Counted from the first letter of the stretch, positions 1 to 11,640 are shown. The stretch: 64,000 nucleotides of DNA from the human T2T-CHM13v2.0 reference genome, Homo sapiens (GCF_009914755.1 NC_060927.1), one strand, 5' to 3'. Numbers and translations are program-made. Notes: a model not told the origin generated them from the letters alone.

Positions 1-84
1 AAAAATTGGGAGCAAAAAAAAAATATGTTTCTTGTTCCTGCCTGACTCTAACCTTTCTTTCTGGTGATGTTCTAAGCCAATGAT

Positions 85-250
85 TACCAATCAACAGCAG
101 CAGCATCACCTGGGGACTTATTAGAAATACAGATTCTCTGGCTCAATCCCTGATCTACTGAAGCAGACAATCTGGGTGTGGATTTCAGCAGTCATGTTTT
201 AACAAGACCTTCAGGTATTTATATATATGCTCAAGTTTGAAAATCATTTC
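85..250. mobile_element. MER5A-like hAT-Charlie DNA transposon relic
   Basis: cagcagcagcatcacctgggga..ttagaaatacagattctc...ctactgaa..caagtttgaaaatca resembles the MER5A consensus. Confidence 0.7.
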
Positions 251-1052
251 TGTAGTGTTTCTCTAACATAATTTTTTTTCCTGGAGCAAATATCCTTCTG
301 GAATATCCTGAGGCAACCCACTTCTCTCTGTAACTCTCTTGAGGATATGATTCCTTTACAATATCTTTCCAGACTGTCTCTGACCAAATGACTCAGCAGT
401 GAACCATGCTATGCTCTTCTATGGGTCAGGTTGGTTTTGAAGCATTACTCCATATAAATCTTTAATACAACATTCCTTCTGTTTGTTTTGGATGAGAGAT
501 GCCAGAACACCACTGTGTCTATTCTACTGCAATTAAGATACCAGGAAAAATCCTCACAGAACTTCACAGGGCATCAGAAAGGGCCATTGATTAGTATACT
601 TTTCCATGACACAAACAAACAAACAAACAAACAAAAAAACACTAAAATGTCCCTTCCCATTATTAGTCAAACTCTGGAGTAACTAATGGAAGTATACATA
701 AAAATATTTCAAAATAATTAGAGTTTGGATACTGAGGAGGGGACTATGATCAATAGAAAATGGTTTTTAAGTATATGCTAAATAAGAAAGATCAATGTAA
801 TGGCCAAATGTAGAACTTATTTGTGACTCTGGGGATTCTGGATATTTTTTGATCAACGGATGGGAAGCTGACAGGAGAAGAATAAAATGACAAGGAAGTG
901 AATTTAGCACTCAGTGTATCCAGCCCAGATGGGGGTAAAGACTTGAAATACACAAAGCAATCCTATGGAGTACTGTGGCTGCAATAAACTCAGCACATTT
1001 TGCAGACACCAAAAGAAAAAAAATCACACACAGATACAATGTGTTACATATA

Positions 1053-1133
1053 TCGGATTGGTCCACAAGTAATTGTGTTTTTTTGAAATTACCTTCAATG
1101 GCGAAAACCACAATTACTTGTGTACCAACCTAA
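1053..1133. mobile_element. MADE1 (Hsmar1-derived MITE), about 80 bp, palindromic
   Basis: Diverged TIRs tcggattggtccacaagtaattg / caattacttgtgtaccaacctaa, flanked by TA on both sides. Confidence 0.85.
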
Positions 1134-1252
1134 TACAATTCATTTATGCTTCAAAATAGTTTCATTTTATTACCCAAACAGGAATCTTTCCCAAAATAAT
1201 GTATCAGTTGCTGTGTAGTTATACAAGTTAGCAGAGAGTGAGGTTTGTAATA

Positions 1253-1283
1253 TGTGTATGTGTGTGTGTGTGTGTGTGTGTGT
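1253..1283. repeat. (TG)n microsatellite
   Basis: Direct reading. Confidence 0.95.
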
Positions 1284-1987
1284 AAATTATATACATTTCA
1301 GTTTGCCCAGGTATCTATCTTTACAGGGATATTTATGAAACTTTGCTCTTTTCCTGGATGTCTAGAAGCATGAATTCAGTAACCCACAAATGTTACGTCA
1401 CCTCAAACTCTGTGTGTCTCCTTCAGCAATATCCCCCATTGACTCCTCTTTTAGCGATTTTCCCATTCTATCAGGTTGAGTATCACTAAGCCATCTTTAC
1501 TCACTTTCTGTCTTAAATTTCAGCCAAGTTGATTTCCTGTGCTCAGCAGGACTTAGACTCATTTCTACTTCATATTTAGAATGCCAGGATTTAGATTCGG
1601 GATCCCATTTGGATTAATTGCCAATATTAATGTATAAGCTTTACTGACTGAAATCTAAGGCTGAAATCTTGATCTTCTTCTAAATGGAGTAGATCAATGC
1701 CAGAGAAATCTGCCCAAATCATGCATTTTGCCAAGTTACTCCCAGTCCTTCACATCCCATGCCTTACCATTGCCTTTACAATATAGTTTAAACTACAACA
1801 CAGCATCTGAAATCCCATTTCCTCATTATAACCTGCCACTCCTATCCTTTCACTGTGACTTCTTTTTAGCCAAATGATCCCCCTGCTGTGACTGGGACAT
1901 CTGTTGCCTAGAAAGTTTAGTCCTCTTTTTCCACCTAGTGAAATTCAGCCCATCTTTAATAACCAGGTTGAAAACATCAGGCAAGTA

Positions 1988-2355
1988 AGTAGAAAGGAAG
2001 AGGAAAGACAAAGGAAGAAAGGAAAGAAGGGAGGGAGGGAGGAAGGAAGGAAAGAAGGGAGGGAGGGAGGGAGGAAGGAAGGAAGGGAGAGAGGGAGGGA
2101 GGAAGGAAGGAAGGAAGGAGGGGGGGAGGAAGAAAGAGAGGAGGAAGGAAGGAGGGAATGAAAGAAGTAGGAAGGAAGGAAGGAAAGAAGAAAGGAAGGA
2201 GGAGGGAGAGATAAAGGAAGAGAGGGAGAGAAGGACAAAAGGAGGGGAGAGGGAAGAAGGAAGGTAGAAAGGGAAAGAAGGAGAGAAGGAAGAGGAGAAG
2301 GAGGGAGAGAAATAGAAGGAAAGGAAGGCAATATGGAGAGAAATGAAGGCAAGAA
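1988..2355. repeat. GA-rich low-complexity polypurine tract ((GGAA)n/(GGGA)n mix)
   Basis: About 360 bp composed almost only of A and G on the + strand. Confidence 0.95.
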
Positions 2356-2394
2356 AATTAATACTTATTTGGCCCCCAAGCAGCAAATGTCATC

Positions 2395-2480
2395 ACCCCT
2401 ACCTTTTTCATATGAGGAAACTAAACATCAGAAAATGAAATAAATTTTCCAAGCTCACAATTATTAATTGGCAGATAACA
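2395..2480 (-). mobile_element. MIR fragment
   Basis: tttcatatgaggaaactaa..agaaaatgaaataaattttccaagctcaca is the MIR core in reverse. Confidence 0.6.
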
Positions 2481-2499
2481 TATGTCATCAGATCTTTGT

Positions 2500-2689
2500 G
2501 CAGCAGTTTCAAACTTGAATATGCACCAGAACCACCTGGCAGGATGGTAAAAATACAAACTGCTGGACCCTGGCCCCAGAGTTTTTGATAAGTTAGTGTT
2601 GGGTTGGGGTCTGAGAATTTCCATGTTTAGCAAATTCTCAGGTGCTTTTGCTGGTGGTCCAGGGATCATAATTTGTGAACTACTGGCCT
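2500..2689. mobile_element. MER5A
   Basis: cagtttcaaacttgaatatgcaccagaaccacctgg...ggtccagggatcataatttgtgaactactg. Confidence 0.8.
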
Positions 2690-2894
2690 AGCAAGTGCCT
2701 CCATTGCCATCACCACTAATTGGCACATTGTAGTCACTCTACAATCATTTGCTGAATAGATACAAGTGTATAAAATCTAGTTTCTACTATATTTGGAAGC
2801 CTTTCTTCATCACCGCAGTTGGCAGTGACAGTCCTCAACTCCTGATTTCTCTAATATATATTGTCTACACCACTCAGTCTACATTTACTATTTC

Positions 2895-3320
2895 TGTTGT
2901 GCTATGACAGATTCCCCAAGGGCACCCTTCAGTTGAAGGTGCAAGTGATTAAGGGAAGTCTCCAGGAGAAATCAGTAGGAGAGTGGTAGAAGTAAGAAAA
3001 GAAAAAGGAGGAAGCGGAGCAAGTATGTGGGTGAAGTCCCACAGAGGGTGGCTTCAGCTTAGTCCCATTCAGCTCCAGCCCCTGGACCAGAGGGCTGGAT
3101 TTTCGTATTTCCACATCCATCATTCATCATTGCTTGAGGCTTCCCAGGAGGATGTGCATTCTCAGGCACTTCTAGCTCTCTGCATAGGAGGGCAAAGTGG
3201 CTCCAGTAGCCTAAGGGCAGCTATTTAACAATGAGCCACAGATGCTGGCTGTTAAAAGTGAAAACAATAAAACAATAAAAATGAATCTGAGAGAATGTGG
3301 GTGGACACCGACATACACAC
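2895..3320 (-). mobile_element. Old ERVL-class LTR relic (LTR33/LTR16-like)
   Basis: gcaagtgattaagggaagtctccaggagaaatcagtaggagagtgg and terminal gagaatgtgggtggacacc; subfamily uncertain. Confidence 0.4.
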
Positions 3321-3391
3321 TAGGTTGCACTGGAGATTTTTTCTTATACCTTAGTCCCTAATTGGATTTTAAAATCCTGGAGACTGAAGGA

Positions 3392-3394
3392 TGT

Positions 3395-3437
<43 letters not shown>
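3392..3437. repeat. (TG)n microsatellite
   Basis: Direct reading. Confidence 0.95.
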
Positions 3438-3439
<2 letters not shown>

Positions 3440-3689
3440 AAGTTGAAACATCTGAAATTGCCAATATTCAACCATTTTTGAAAAACAAAACTGGCTATTG
3501 CATATTTCTCAACTTGACACATAGATCTTAACTAACCACCATTCAACAATGGGATAGATTAATCCATAGCCTTCAGTCCCCCTATCCTGTCAGATGCCCC
3601 CTTCCCTGAAAGCTCTCAGCTGGCTAAAGACTGTTTTTCATGTGCATGCAATTACTGTTCTTACCAGTTGAGTCATATATTTACTAAGA

Positions 3690-4002
3690 TTCAGCCAATT
3701 TTGTTGTGCTTATTATTATAGTTATGCATTTTAGTTAAAAATCACATAAACTAATGAAATATGAGTGTGAAAAACAATGTTGCATCTATGAAAATTACAT
3801 TTAATGCTTTTTAAATTTCCAAAATAAGAGCTACTGAAAAGCAAACCAAAAAAATCTCCTTTTGAATTAGATGCCAATAAGACAGCTGTAAAAGACTGGA
3901 AAAAAAATCATTACAATCTAGGAGGACTGTTCATGTGGAATGTCTTAATAAACATCTCTAATGTCTCATAGCAGGTTAACAAAACCCAAACTAGGAATTG
4001 TG
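3690..4002 (+). mobile_element. Tigger (Tigger14a-like) DNA transposon, 5' part
   Basis: Decayed transposase N-terminus from atgagtgtgaaa (3760): MSVK..VASMK...ELDANKTAVKDW, ending aaacccaaactaggaatt. Confidence 0.55.
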
Positions 4003-4573
4003 GTATTTCAATTAAGATGTTTTAGGCTGGAAGTAACAGAAATTCTGCTTGAAATGGCTTTAAAGGAATAATGGAATTCCCATTCTTGTGAGCCAGAAGT
4101 CCTGAGGTAGAAATGCTCCAGAGTTGTTAAACACAACAGGTTAATCAAGTCATCCCATAGCATTTCCACCTGTCTGCCTGACCACTTCTAGTTTATTGGC
4201 AACAACACTTCATGAAGCCAAAATCACTGCAGCAGAATAAGGAACCCCACCCTGATAAATCAATAGTCAACAACAGAAAGGGAACTCTGGCATACTGTCT
4301 CCCACACCCCTACATTGCTTTTTAGCAGCAAAGACATCTTTCAAAGAATTTCCCCAGATTTCTTTTGTGTCTCATTGGCCAGAAACAGATCATCACCTAA
4401 CGCCATTCATTGGTAAGCCAGAGAATCACCCAATTCACTTGGGAAAGGGAAATGCACCAGTGTAAAAGAAGCTCTTGGCAGTACATTGAGCTCCATAGAG
4501 ACAGCGCCGGGGCAAGTGAGAGCCGGACGGGCACTGGGCGACTCTGTGCCTCGCTGAGGAAAAATAACTAAAC

Positions 4574-5206
4574 ATGGGCAAAGGAGATCCTAAGAAGCCG
4601 ACAGGCAAAATGTCATCATATGCATTTTTTGTGCAAACTTGTCGGGAGGAGCATAAGAAGAAGCACCCAGATGCTTCAGTCAACTTCTCAGAGTTTTCTA
4701 AGAAGTGCTCAGAGAGGTGGAAGACCATGTCTGCTAAAGAGAAAGGAAAATTTGAAGATATGGCAAAGGCGGACAAGGCCCGTTATGAAAGAGAAATGAA
4801 AACCTATATCCCTCCCAAAGGGGAGACAAAAAAGAAGTTCAAGGATCCCAATGCACCCAAGAGGCTTCCTTCGGCCTTCTTCCTCTTCTGCTCTGAGTAT
4901 CGCCCAAAAATCAAAGGAGAACATCCTGGCCTGTCCATTGGTGATGTTGCGAAGAAACTGGGAGAGATGTGGAATAACACTGCTGCAGATGACAAGCAGC
5001 CTTATGAAAAGAAGGCTGCGAAGCTGAAGGAAAAATACGAAAAGGATATTGCTGCATATCGAGCTAAAGGAAAGCCTGATGCAGCAAAAAAGGGAGTTGT
5101 CAAGGCTGAAAAAAGCAAGAAAAAGAAGGAAGAGGAGGAAGATGAGGAAGATGAAGAGGATGAGGAGGAGGAGGAAGATGAAGAAGAAGATGATGATGAT
5201 GAATAA
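4574..5206 (+). CDS. Intact HMGB1-like ORF, 210 aa (two HMG boxes plus acidic tail); expression unknown
   Basis: Differs from the 215-aa HMGB1 sequence as I recall it only by R10T, P98L and a 5-residue deletion in the D/E tail; C23, C45 and C106 retained. Confidence 0.8.
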
Positions 5207-5639
5207 GTTGGTTGTAGCGCAGTTTTTTTTCTCGTCTATAAAGCATTTAACCCCCCTGTACACAATTCACTCTTTTTAAAGAAAAAAATTGAAATGTAAG
5301 GCGGTGTAAGATTTGTTTTTAAACTGTACAGTGTCTTTTTTTGTATAGTTAACACACTACCGAATGTGTCTTTAGATAGCCCTGTCCTGGTGGTATTTTC
5401 AATAGCCACTAACTTTGCCTGGTACAGTATGGGGGTTGTAAATTGGCATGGAAATTTAAAGCAGGTTCTTGTTGGTGCACAGCACAAATTAGTTATATAT
5501 GGGGATGGTAGTTTTTTCATCTTCAGTTGTCTCTGATGCAGCTTATACGAAATAATTGTTGTTCTGTTAACTGAATACCACTCTGTAATTGCAAAAAAAA
5601 AAAGTTGCAGCTGTTTTGTTGACATTCTGAATGCTTCTA

Positions 5640-5645
5640 AGTAAA
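5640..5645 (+). terminator. Variant poly(A) signal AGTAAA of the HMGB1 short 3' UTR isoform
   Basis: AGTAAA lies 15 nt before the poly(A) tract. Confidence 0.7.
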
Positions 5646-5738
5646 TACAATTTTTTTATTAAAAAAAAAAAAGAAGCTCTTGGGAACGTAGAAGAGGGGG
5701 AGTAGCTTCTAGACAGGCAATCAATACTGTGTGCTCCA

Positions 5739-5880
5739 GGTAGATTAGGCATCATGGGTTTTCAAAATAAGTGATGATAAACACCCATACTGCAAGGAAG
5801 ATCTTTGCCCTACATTTAGAAATTGGTGAATGAATGTACACTCATATGTATCAAGTTAAACATAAAAATGCTTCAGTTAT
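5739..5880 (+). mobile_element. Tigger14a-like, 3' continuation
   Basis: acacccatactgcaaggaagatctttgccctacatttagaaattggtgaatgaatgtacac continues the element broken at about 4002. Confidence 0.5.
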
Positions 5881-6493
5881 ATATTCTTTGCTTTAAATTT
5901 TACTCACCTTCTGATCCTGATCACATCAGATAAGGAATTTCCTACTATACTTACTGCTTCATTGTATTTTTAAAAGTAGACAGCACAAGGTTCCACACAG
6001 AGTATGTAGTCAATAGGTGTTAATAGCAGTGATGATTATAGATATTTGGTACAACAGGGACCCAATCAATGTTTATTGATTTACTATACATAGGGGTTAA
6101 GAGAAGATGACAAATTGAGAGTGTTGTATATGACTATTAAGTGTCTTGCCCCTATCTGGGAAATCATATCTACTGTCAAGCAAATGTCTGGCCTATTTCA
6201 AATATTAAGTACTTTCACCTTTAGAGGATCACTTCTATTAATAATTCTGAAAGCTAATGATGGCAGAAAAAAAATGCTGGCTATTTACCAAACCATCTAC
6301 TTTCTCTCCTAGGAACATGGAAAAACTATTTTGACCAGCTGCCCAGCATCTAGAAAAGGCTTTATAGTTACTTGTGGCCACAAAAATGTTGACTGAAAAC
6401 ATTGGCCCCCAAAGTCCCCTGGGATATTTATGCAAACACCTGCTCATTCCCTCTCTGTCATCTTGTCATTTGTAGATTTAAAGCAGAGGAACA

Positions 6494-7300
6494 CACCTCT
6501 GTTAAAATGGCTTATAGCCAAAAGATAGGCAATAACAAATGCACAAGAGGATGTGGAGAAAGGGAACTCTCATACACTGTTGGTAGGAATGTAAATTAGT
6601 ACAACCACTGTGGAGATAGTTTCAAGGTCTTCAACAAAACTAAAAATTGAGCTACCATATGATCCAGCACTCCCACTGCTGGATATATGCCCAGAAGAAA
6701 GGAAATCAGTATATTAAATAGATATCCGCACTCCTACGTTCGTTGCAGTACTGTTTACAATAGTTAAGATTTGGAAACAACCTAAGTGTCCATCAACAGT
6801 TGAATGAATAAAGAAAATGTGGTACAATAGAATACTATTCAGCCATAAAAGGAGATTCCAGTTATTTGCAAAAACATGATGGAACTGGAGATCATTATGT
6901 TAAGTGTAATAAGCCAGGCACATTAAGACAAACAACGCATGTTCTCACTGATTTGTGGGATCTAAAAATCAAAACAATTGAACTCATGAACATAGAGAGT
7001 AGAAGGATGGTTACTGGAGTCTGGGAAGGGCAGTGGGGGGATGGGAGGGAGGTGGGGATGGTTGATGGGTACAAAAAGTTGTTAGAATGAGTAAGATCTA
7101 TGATTTGATAGCACAACAGATGACTGTAGTCAACAATAATTGTACATTTTTAAATAGTGTAATTGGATTGTTTATAACTCAAAGGATAAATGCTTGAGGG
7201 GATCAATACCCCATTCTCCATGATATGCTTATTTTACATTGCATGTCTATATCAAACATCTCATATACCCCATAAATATATGTACCCACAAAAATAAGCA
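6494..7300 (+). mobile_element. L1MA1-3-like LINE-1 3' end, 5'-truncated
   Basis: ORF2 tail (VKMAYSQKIGNNKC..GCGERE) and 3' UTR ggataaatgcttgaggggat..catctcatataccccataaatata; degenerate TSD aaagcagaggaac/aaaggagggaac. Confidence 0.85.
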
Positions 7301-9130
7301 TAAAGGAGGGAACAACTGAGGACTTCAAGGACCCAGGGTCTAACAGAGCCACCACATGCCAAACATTTTGCTGAAATGTGCTCTCTTATTGTTAAGCTCT
7401 TGAGATTGCGTGGTTATTATAGCAGTTAGCAACTTACACATGTATAGAATAATAAAACAGGCACAGCTGTAGCCATAATTGTAAAGTAAGGGATACTGGT
7501 TTTTGGCACGTCTCGCCACTTGACTTTCCTGAAAATTTGCCGTTCTTCCAAGTTTTAATGTCTTTCTTTTTACACTTTACTCCAAACACCTAAAAACATT
7601 CATGTCGCTCTGCTGAGAAATGAATCCTTCTGATATTTGCAACCATGCTAAACTGTACAGAACTTCATTTGGTTGTAGTCTTCCACATTCATTTGCATTT
7701 TAAAAGTCCTACAGAAAGACTACAATGCTTACACCTAAAGAATCTATCACTAATGGTTGAATTTCAATCATCAGAAAAATAAAAAAATTACTATACAAAT
7801 TACACTATATAGGTAATAGCCTATTTCACTTAGAATCCCAGTCCTGAACAGAAATTAAGTTTACATTTTGATTTTTCATGTAAAATAACATACAAAAAAA
7901 AGCAATTTTTCTATTTAAATCTCTTTCTCCGCATGGCTTTCAATTTACACTTATTTATAGTATACTAACTAAAATTCTTTAAAACTAGAAAGGTTTTATA
8001 CTATTTATTGTTATAGTTCATGAATTTTAAAATGTCTAAAATTGAGAAAGATAATTAACGAAAAGTGCATATAATTGTGCAAATGAACAATATTCACTAA
8101 CTGTGTAATGAACTGAGAATTTCTTTACTTACATTCAGAAACATTTATATCAACATTTTTTTTCTCTATTTTAGACTGCAAGTAATTCCAGGGCAAGAAA
8201 CGTAACTTGTACTTTATTCTGTATGTGGTGCATAGTATCATCTATCTATTCCTATTATTGGAATTAATTCTTACCCTTTGAAATAGATGACAAATGTTAC
8301 ATATGTGGTGTGGTAGAAATGTATACCTAGCAATTAAAACATATAAAACAAAGAAACAAACAAAAAGGAGCTCATCTACTTCTCTAAAATCCAGTAGTTT
8401 CCTCCTGAGCCCCTATATTTGCTAATGGAAGGTAGAGGAAGGGAGAGTGAAGAGAAGAGTATGGAAGACTCAAATTTAAAATCAAAGCAACTTAGTTACC
8501 TCTAGTTGCAAGTAAACTCTTTTGAGTACATAAGCAGTTAACTCAAATTTCAAATTTCCTTTAATGTTGTTTTCCCTCTCAAAATATCTCCCTAATCCGT
8601 ATTTCTTCCAAAATGGTACCCAACTCAAGGGGAAAGTTTTGATATTTTCATGGCACTGTGGAAGAAGTTAGTAGGTGCTGACACCCTCTGTCCTGGAGCT
8701 GATAAATAGTCTTCCCCTTCCTCTGAAGAAATGTAGTTGCATACCGGGCACATGGCTAGAATTGCAGTTTCCACTTGTCATCTAAGCTGGCCAACTTGGT
8801 GCAGTTGTACACAGCAGCTCTGAACATCTCTCACCGGTTGAATGTTGCATTTAAAAAGAGCTTCTTTGAGAGAATTTTCAAACAGCCAGTTGTCTTTCAC
8901 TCTGGATGAGAGGCGATTTATGACCACAAAGCATTAAAAAAAACAAAGCTAATTATATTCCTATATTGTCCTGAAAGTAGAAGAGACAGAAGTGGCAAAA
9001 GATAATAAAAGTATTTGTCTAATGTACTTGTGCTTGAATTAGGTGTTAAAATTCCTAGAGTTGATTTTGTTATCTGTTACTTTTGGCATACTTTACATTC
9101 ATCATTTAATTAATTAGACCTCAATTTTTC

Positions 9131-9492
<362 letters not shown>

Positions 9493-9954
9493 TAAATGAG
9501 TGTGACAATATTCCTCCTCTACTTCACATTATCTTGAGTATTAAATATGCTAATATACTTGAAAGCTCTTTGGAAATCATAATTTTTGATACAGATGGAA
9601 ATTGTGTCTTTGTGTATCAACTCTATGTAAACTCCCTGGAAGCAGTGTCAATATCTCACCTTTCCTTGAATCCTCGCAATGTCCTGAACATAATAAAATC
9701 TCATTAAATATGCCATGGACTGATAACTGATTTGCTAAAGTGCAACTCAGATAACTATGCTAGCTGGTATAAAAGTATAAAGGTCTGATAAAGGAGCTCT
9801 CTAGTGTGAAGAAGAGTTTTAAAAATCCCTTTTGAATATTGATAAAACACTTCAAGAGAACTATTCAAAATCATATAAAGTGAATTTTGCTTATATTAAT
9901 TAAGGAAGGTCATAAACTGTAAAGAAACAACAATCAGATTAGCAATGGTTTAAA

Positions 9955-10170
9955 ACAGTAGTTCTCAAAGTACCCTCCAATAACTACCACCACCACCACC
10001 ACCACCACTACATAAGTATCAGCATCACCTGGGAATTTGTTAGAAATACAAATTCCCAATCCCCTTTCCACGTCTACAGAATCAGGAACTAGAGTAGCGA
10101 CCCAGCAATCTGAGTTTTAAAAATCCCCGCACATAATTCTGATGCATGCTAAAGTTGGAGAATCACTGGT
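9955..10170. mobile_element. MER5A with internal (CAC)n
   Basis: cagtagttctcaaagt...atcagcatcacctgggaatttgttagaaatacaaatt...aaagttggagaatcactg. Confidence 0.8.
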
Positions 10171-10372
10171 TTCAATGATATAAACAGTTACTATCTAATC
10201 TACAAAAAAACATGAAGAACATTGGTTATAAATACTAGCTGAGCTGCTGAAAATGGTTAATAAGTGCTAGGCTCTCTATGATTCCAACCCTGGGGCCTTG
10301 GCTTGCTAGTTTTGCCCTCAAATTCATCATCTTAAGTGCTGTTGCTACAGCCCCGATGATCATGTTCTCACT

Positions 10373-10700
10373 TGAAGCTGGAAACCATCATTCTCAGCAA
10401 ACTATCGCAAGGACAAAAAACCAAACACCGCATGTTCTCACTCATAGGTGGGAATTGAACAATGAGAACACATGGACACAGGAAGGGGAACATCACACAC
10501 TGGGGACTGCTGTGGGGTGGGGGGAGCGGGGAGGGATAGCATTAGGAGATATACCTAATGTTAAATGACGAGTTAATGGGTGCAGCACACCAACACGGCA
10601 CACGTATACATATGTAACAAACCTGCACGTTGTGCGCATGTACCCTAAAACTTAAAGTATAATAATAAACAAAAAGAAAGCCAAAAAAAAAAAAAAAAAA
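10373..10700 (+). mobile_element. L1PA3/4-like 3' end (about 330 bp) with poly(A)
   Basis: gaagctggaaaccatcattctcagcaaactatcgcaaggac...cctaaaacttaaagtataataat followed by an A tail. Confidence 0.93.
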
Positions 10701-10789
10701 GAGAGAGAGGAAGAAAGGAGAAGGGACAAAGCCATTTGGAACTGTCACTTTTACTGGGAAACTAGATGCTTTCCCAGAAAGTCTCCAGT

Positions 10790-10890
10790 CTTTGGGAGGA
10801 CAAGCCGGGAGGATCACTTAAGCCCAGGTGTTTGAGACCGGCCTGGGCAACATAGTGAGACACCATCTCTATTTAAAAAGAAAGAAAGAA
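10790..10890 (+). mobile_element. 5'-truncated FLAM / Alu left monomer
   Basis: tttgggagg..ggatcacttaagcccagg..cctgggcaacatagtgagac; TSD aaagtctccagtct on both sides. Confidence 0.88.
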
Positions 10891-11419
10891 AAGTCTCCAG
10901 TCTGAATTCTCTATACACATCACTGGCTAGAATTGAGTCTTGTGGCCACCATTAGCTGCCATGTGAATGAATAAACTTTTCAAACTGTATTTTGGAGGAA
11001 GGTAAGGGAGAAGGGCGTTGAGAATGCGTATTTGGTTAGCCAGTTAACAGTGTCTTCAAATAAAGAGGATTACAACATAAACCCAACAATTTAGAATATT
11101 TATCCTTGACGTGAGAAAACAAATGGAAAATGAGATATCTGTCTTTATACAATGCATTTGAAAGGCAGCCATGTCGAAGAAAGCTCAGATGTTATATGAA
11201 GTTCTATGAAGCAGAGACAATAGGTGTAACTTAGAGATCACAGATGTTGGCTCAACAATGATTAAGCCTATTCAGAAGGACATAGGATACTTATGGAGTA
11301 GAGTGCACCTTATTGCTGTATAACCATTTCTAAAAATGTAGTGGAGAGAATTCCTGCAATGGATCCCTTCCAAGTCTAAGATTGTATAATTTAATACAAT
11401 GAAGTACTGCGTGTTATGG

Positions 11420-11640
11420 ATGATAATTACTAATACTTGGCACATGTTTACTCTACCCTGACATTGTATCAAGTATTATACATGTATTATCTCATTTTCT
11501 ATTACAACCCAACTATGAACTAAGGATTACCATTATTCCCTTTTGAAGAAATGGAGACATAGAGAAGTAATACTTTGCTCAAGGTTATGGAGCTGACTTG
11601 TGAGCCCAGGTAATATTCTTGAGGAGTCATACTCGTTATA
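11420..11640 (-). mobile_element. MIR
   Basis: tgtattatctcatt..attaccattattcccttttgaaga..agagaagtaatactttgctcaaggtt. Confidence 0.65.

Larger units (their letters stand above)
4478..5668 (+). pseudogene. HMGB1P5: HMGB1 processed pseudogene / retrocopy (probably HMGB1P5; number from recall, not verified)
   Basis: HMGB1 5' UTR (cagtacattgagctccatagagacagcg...aactaaac), intronless CDS, 3' UTR, poly(A) from 5661, perfect TSD aaaagaagctcttgg at 4464-4478 and 5669-5683. Confidence 0.9.
4003..5738 (-). mobile_element. MLT1K/L-like MaLR LTR interrupted by the HMGB1 retrocopy
   Basis: ggctggaagtaacagaaa..aaatggcttta, gtctcattggccagaa before the insert; resumes after the TSD as gaagagggggagtagc..aggcaatcaatactgtgtgctcca. 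Confidence 0.6.
10230..11060 (-). mobile_element. MLT1K/L-like LTR interrupted by an L1PA and a FLAM
   Basis: gttgctacagcccc..atcatgttctcacttgaag | gaggaagaaaggagaaggg..., cactggctagaattgagtc, terminal ggttagccagttaacagtgtc. Confidence 0.5.

Noticed and set aside
1850-2386. Long ORFs of 178, 135 and 85 aa
   Set aside because: Artefacts of the stop-poor GA/CT low-complexity tract
4574-5206. The true HMGB1 gene
   Set aside because: No introns, a poly(A) tail with TSD, no CpG-island promoter, and amino-acid differences from HMGB1
4435-5625. Antisense and alternative-frame ORFs overlapping the HMGB1 retrocopy
   Set aside because: Shadows of the HMGB1 CDS/UTR codon pattern with no independent support
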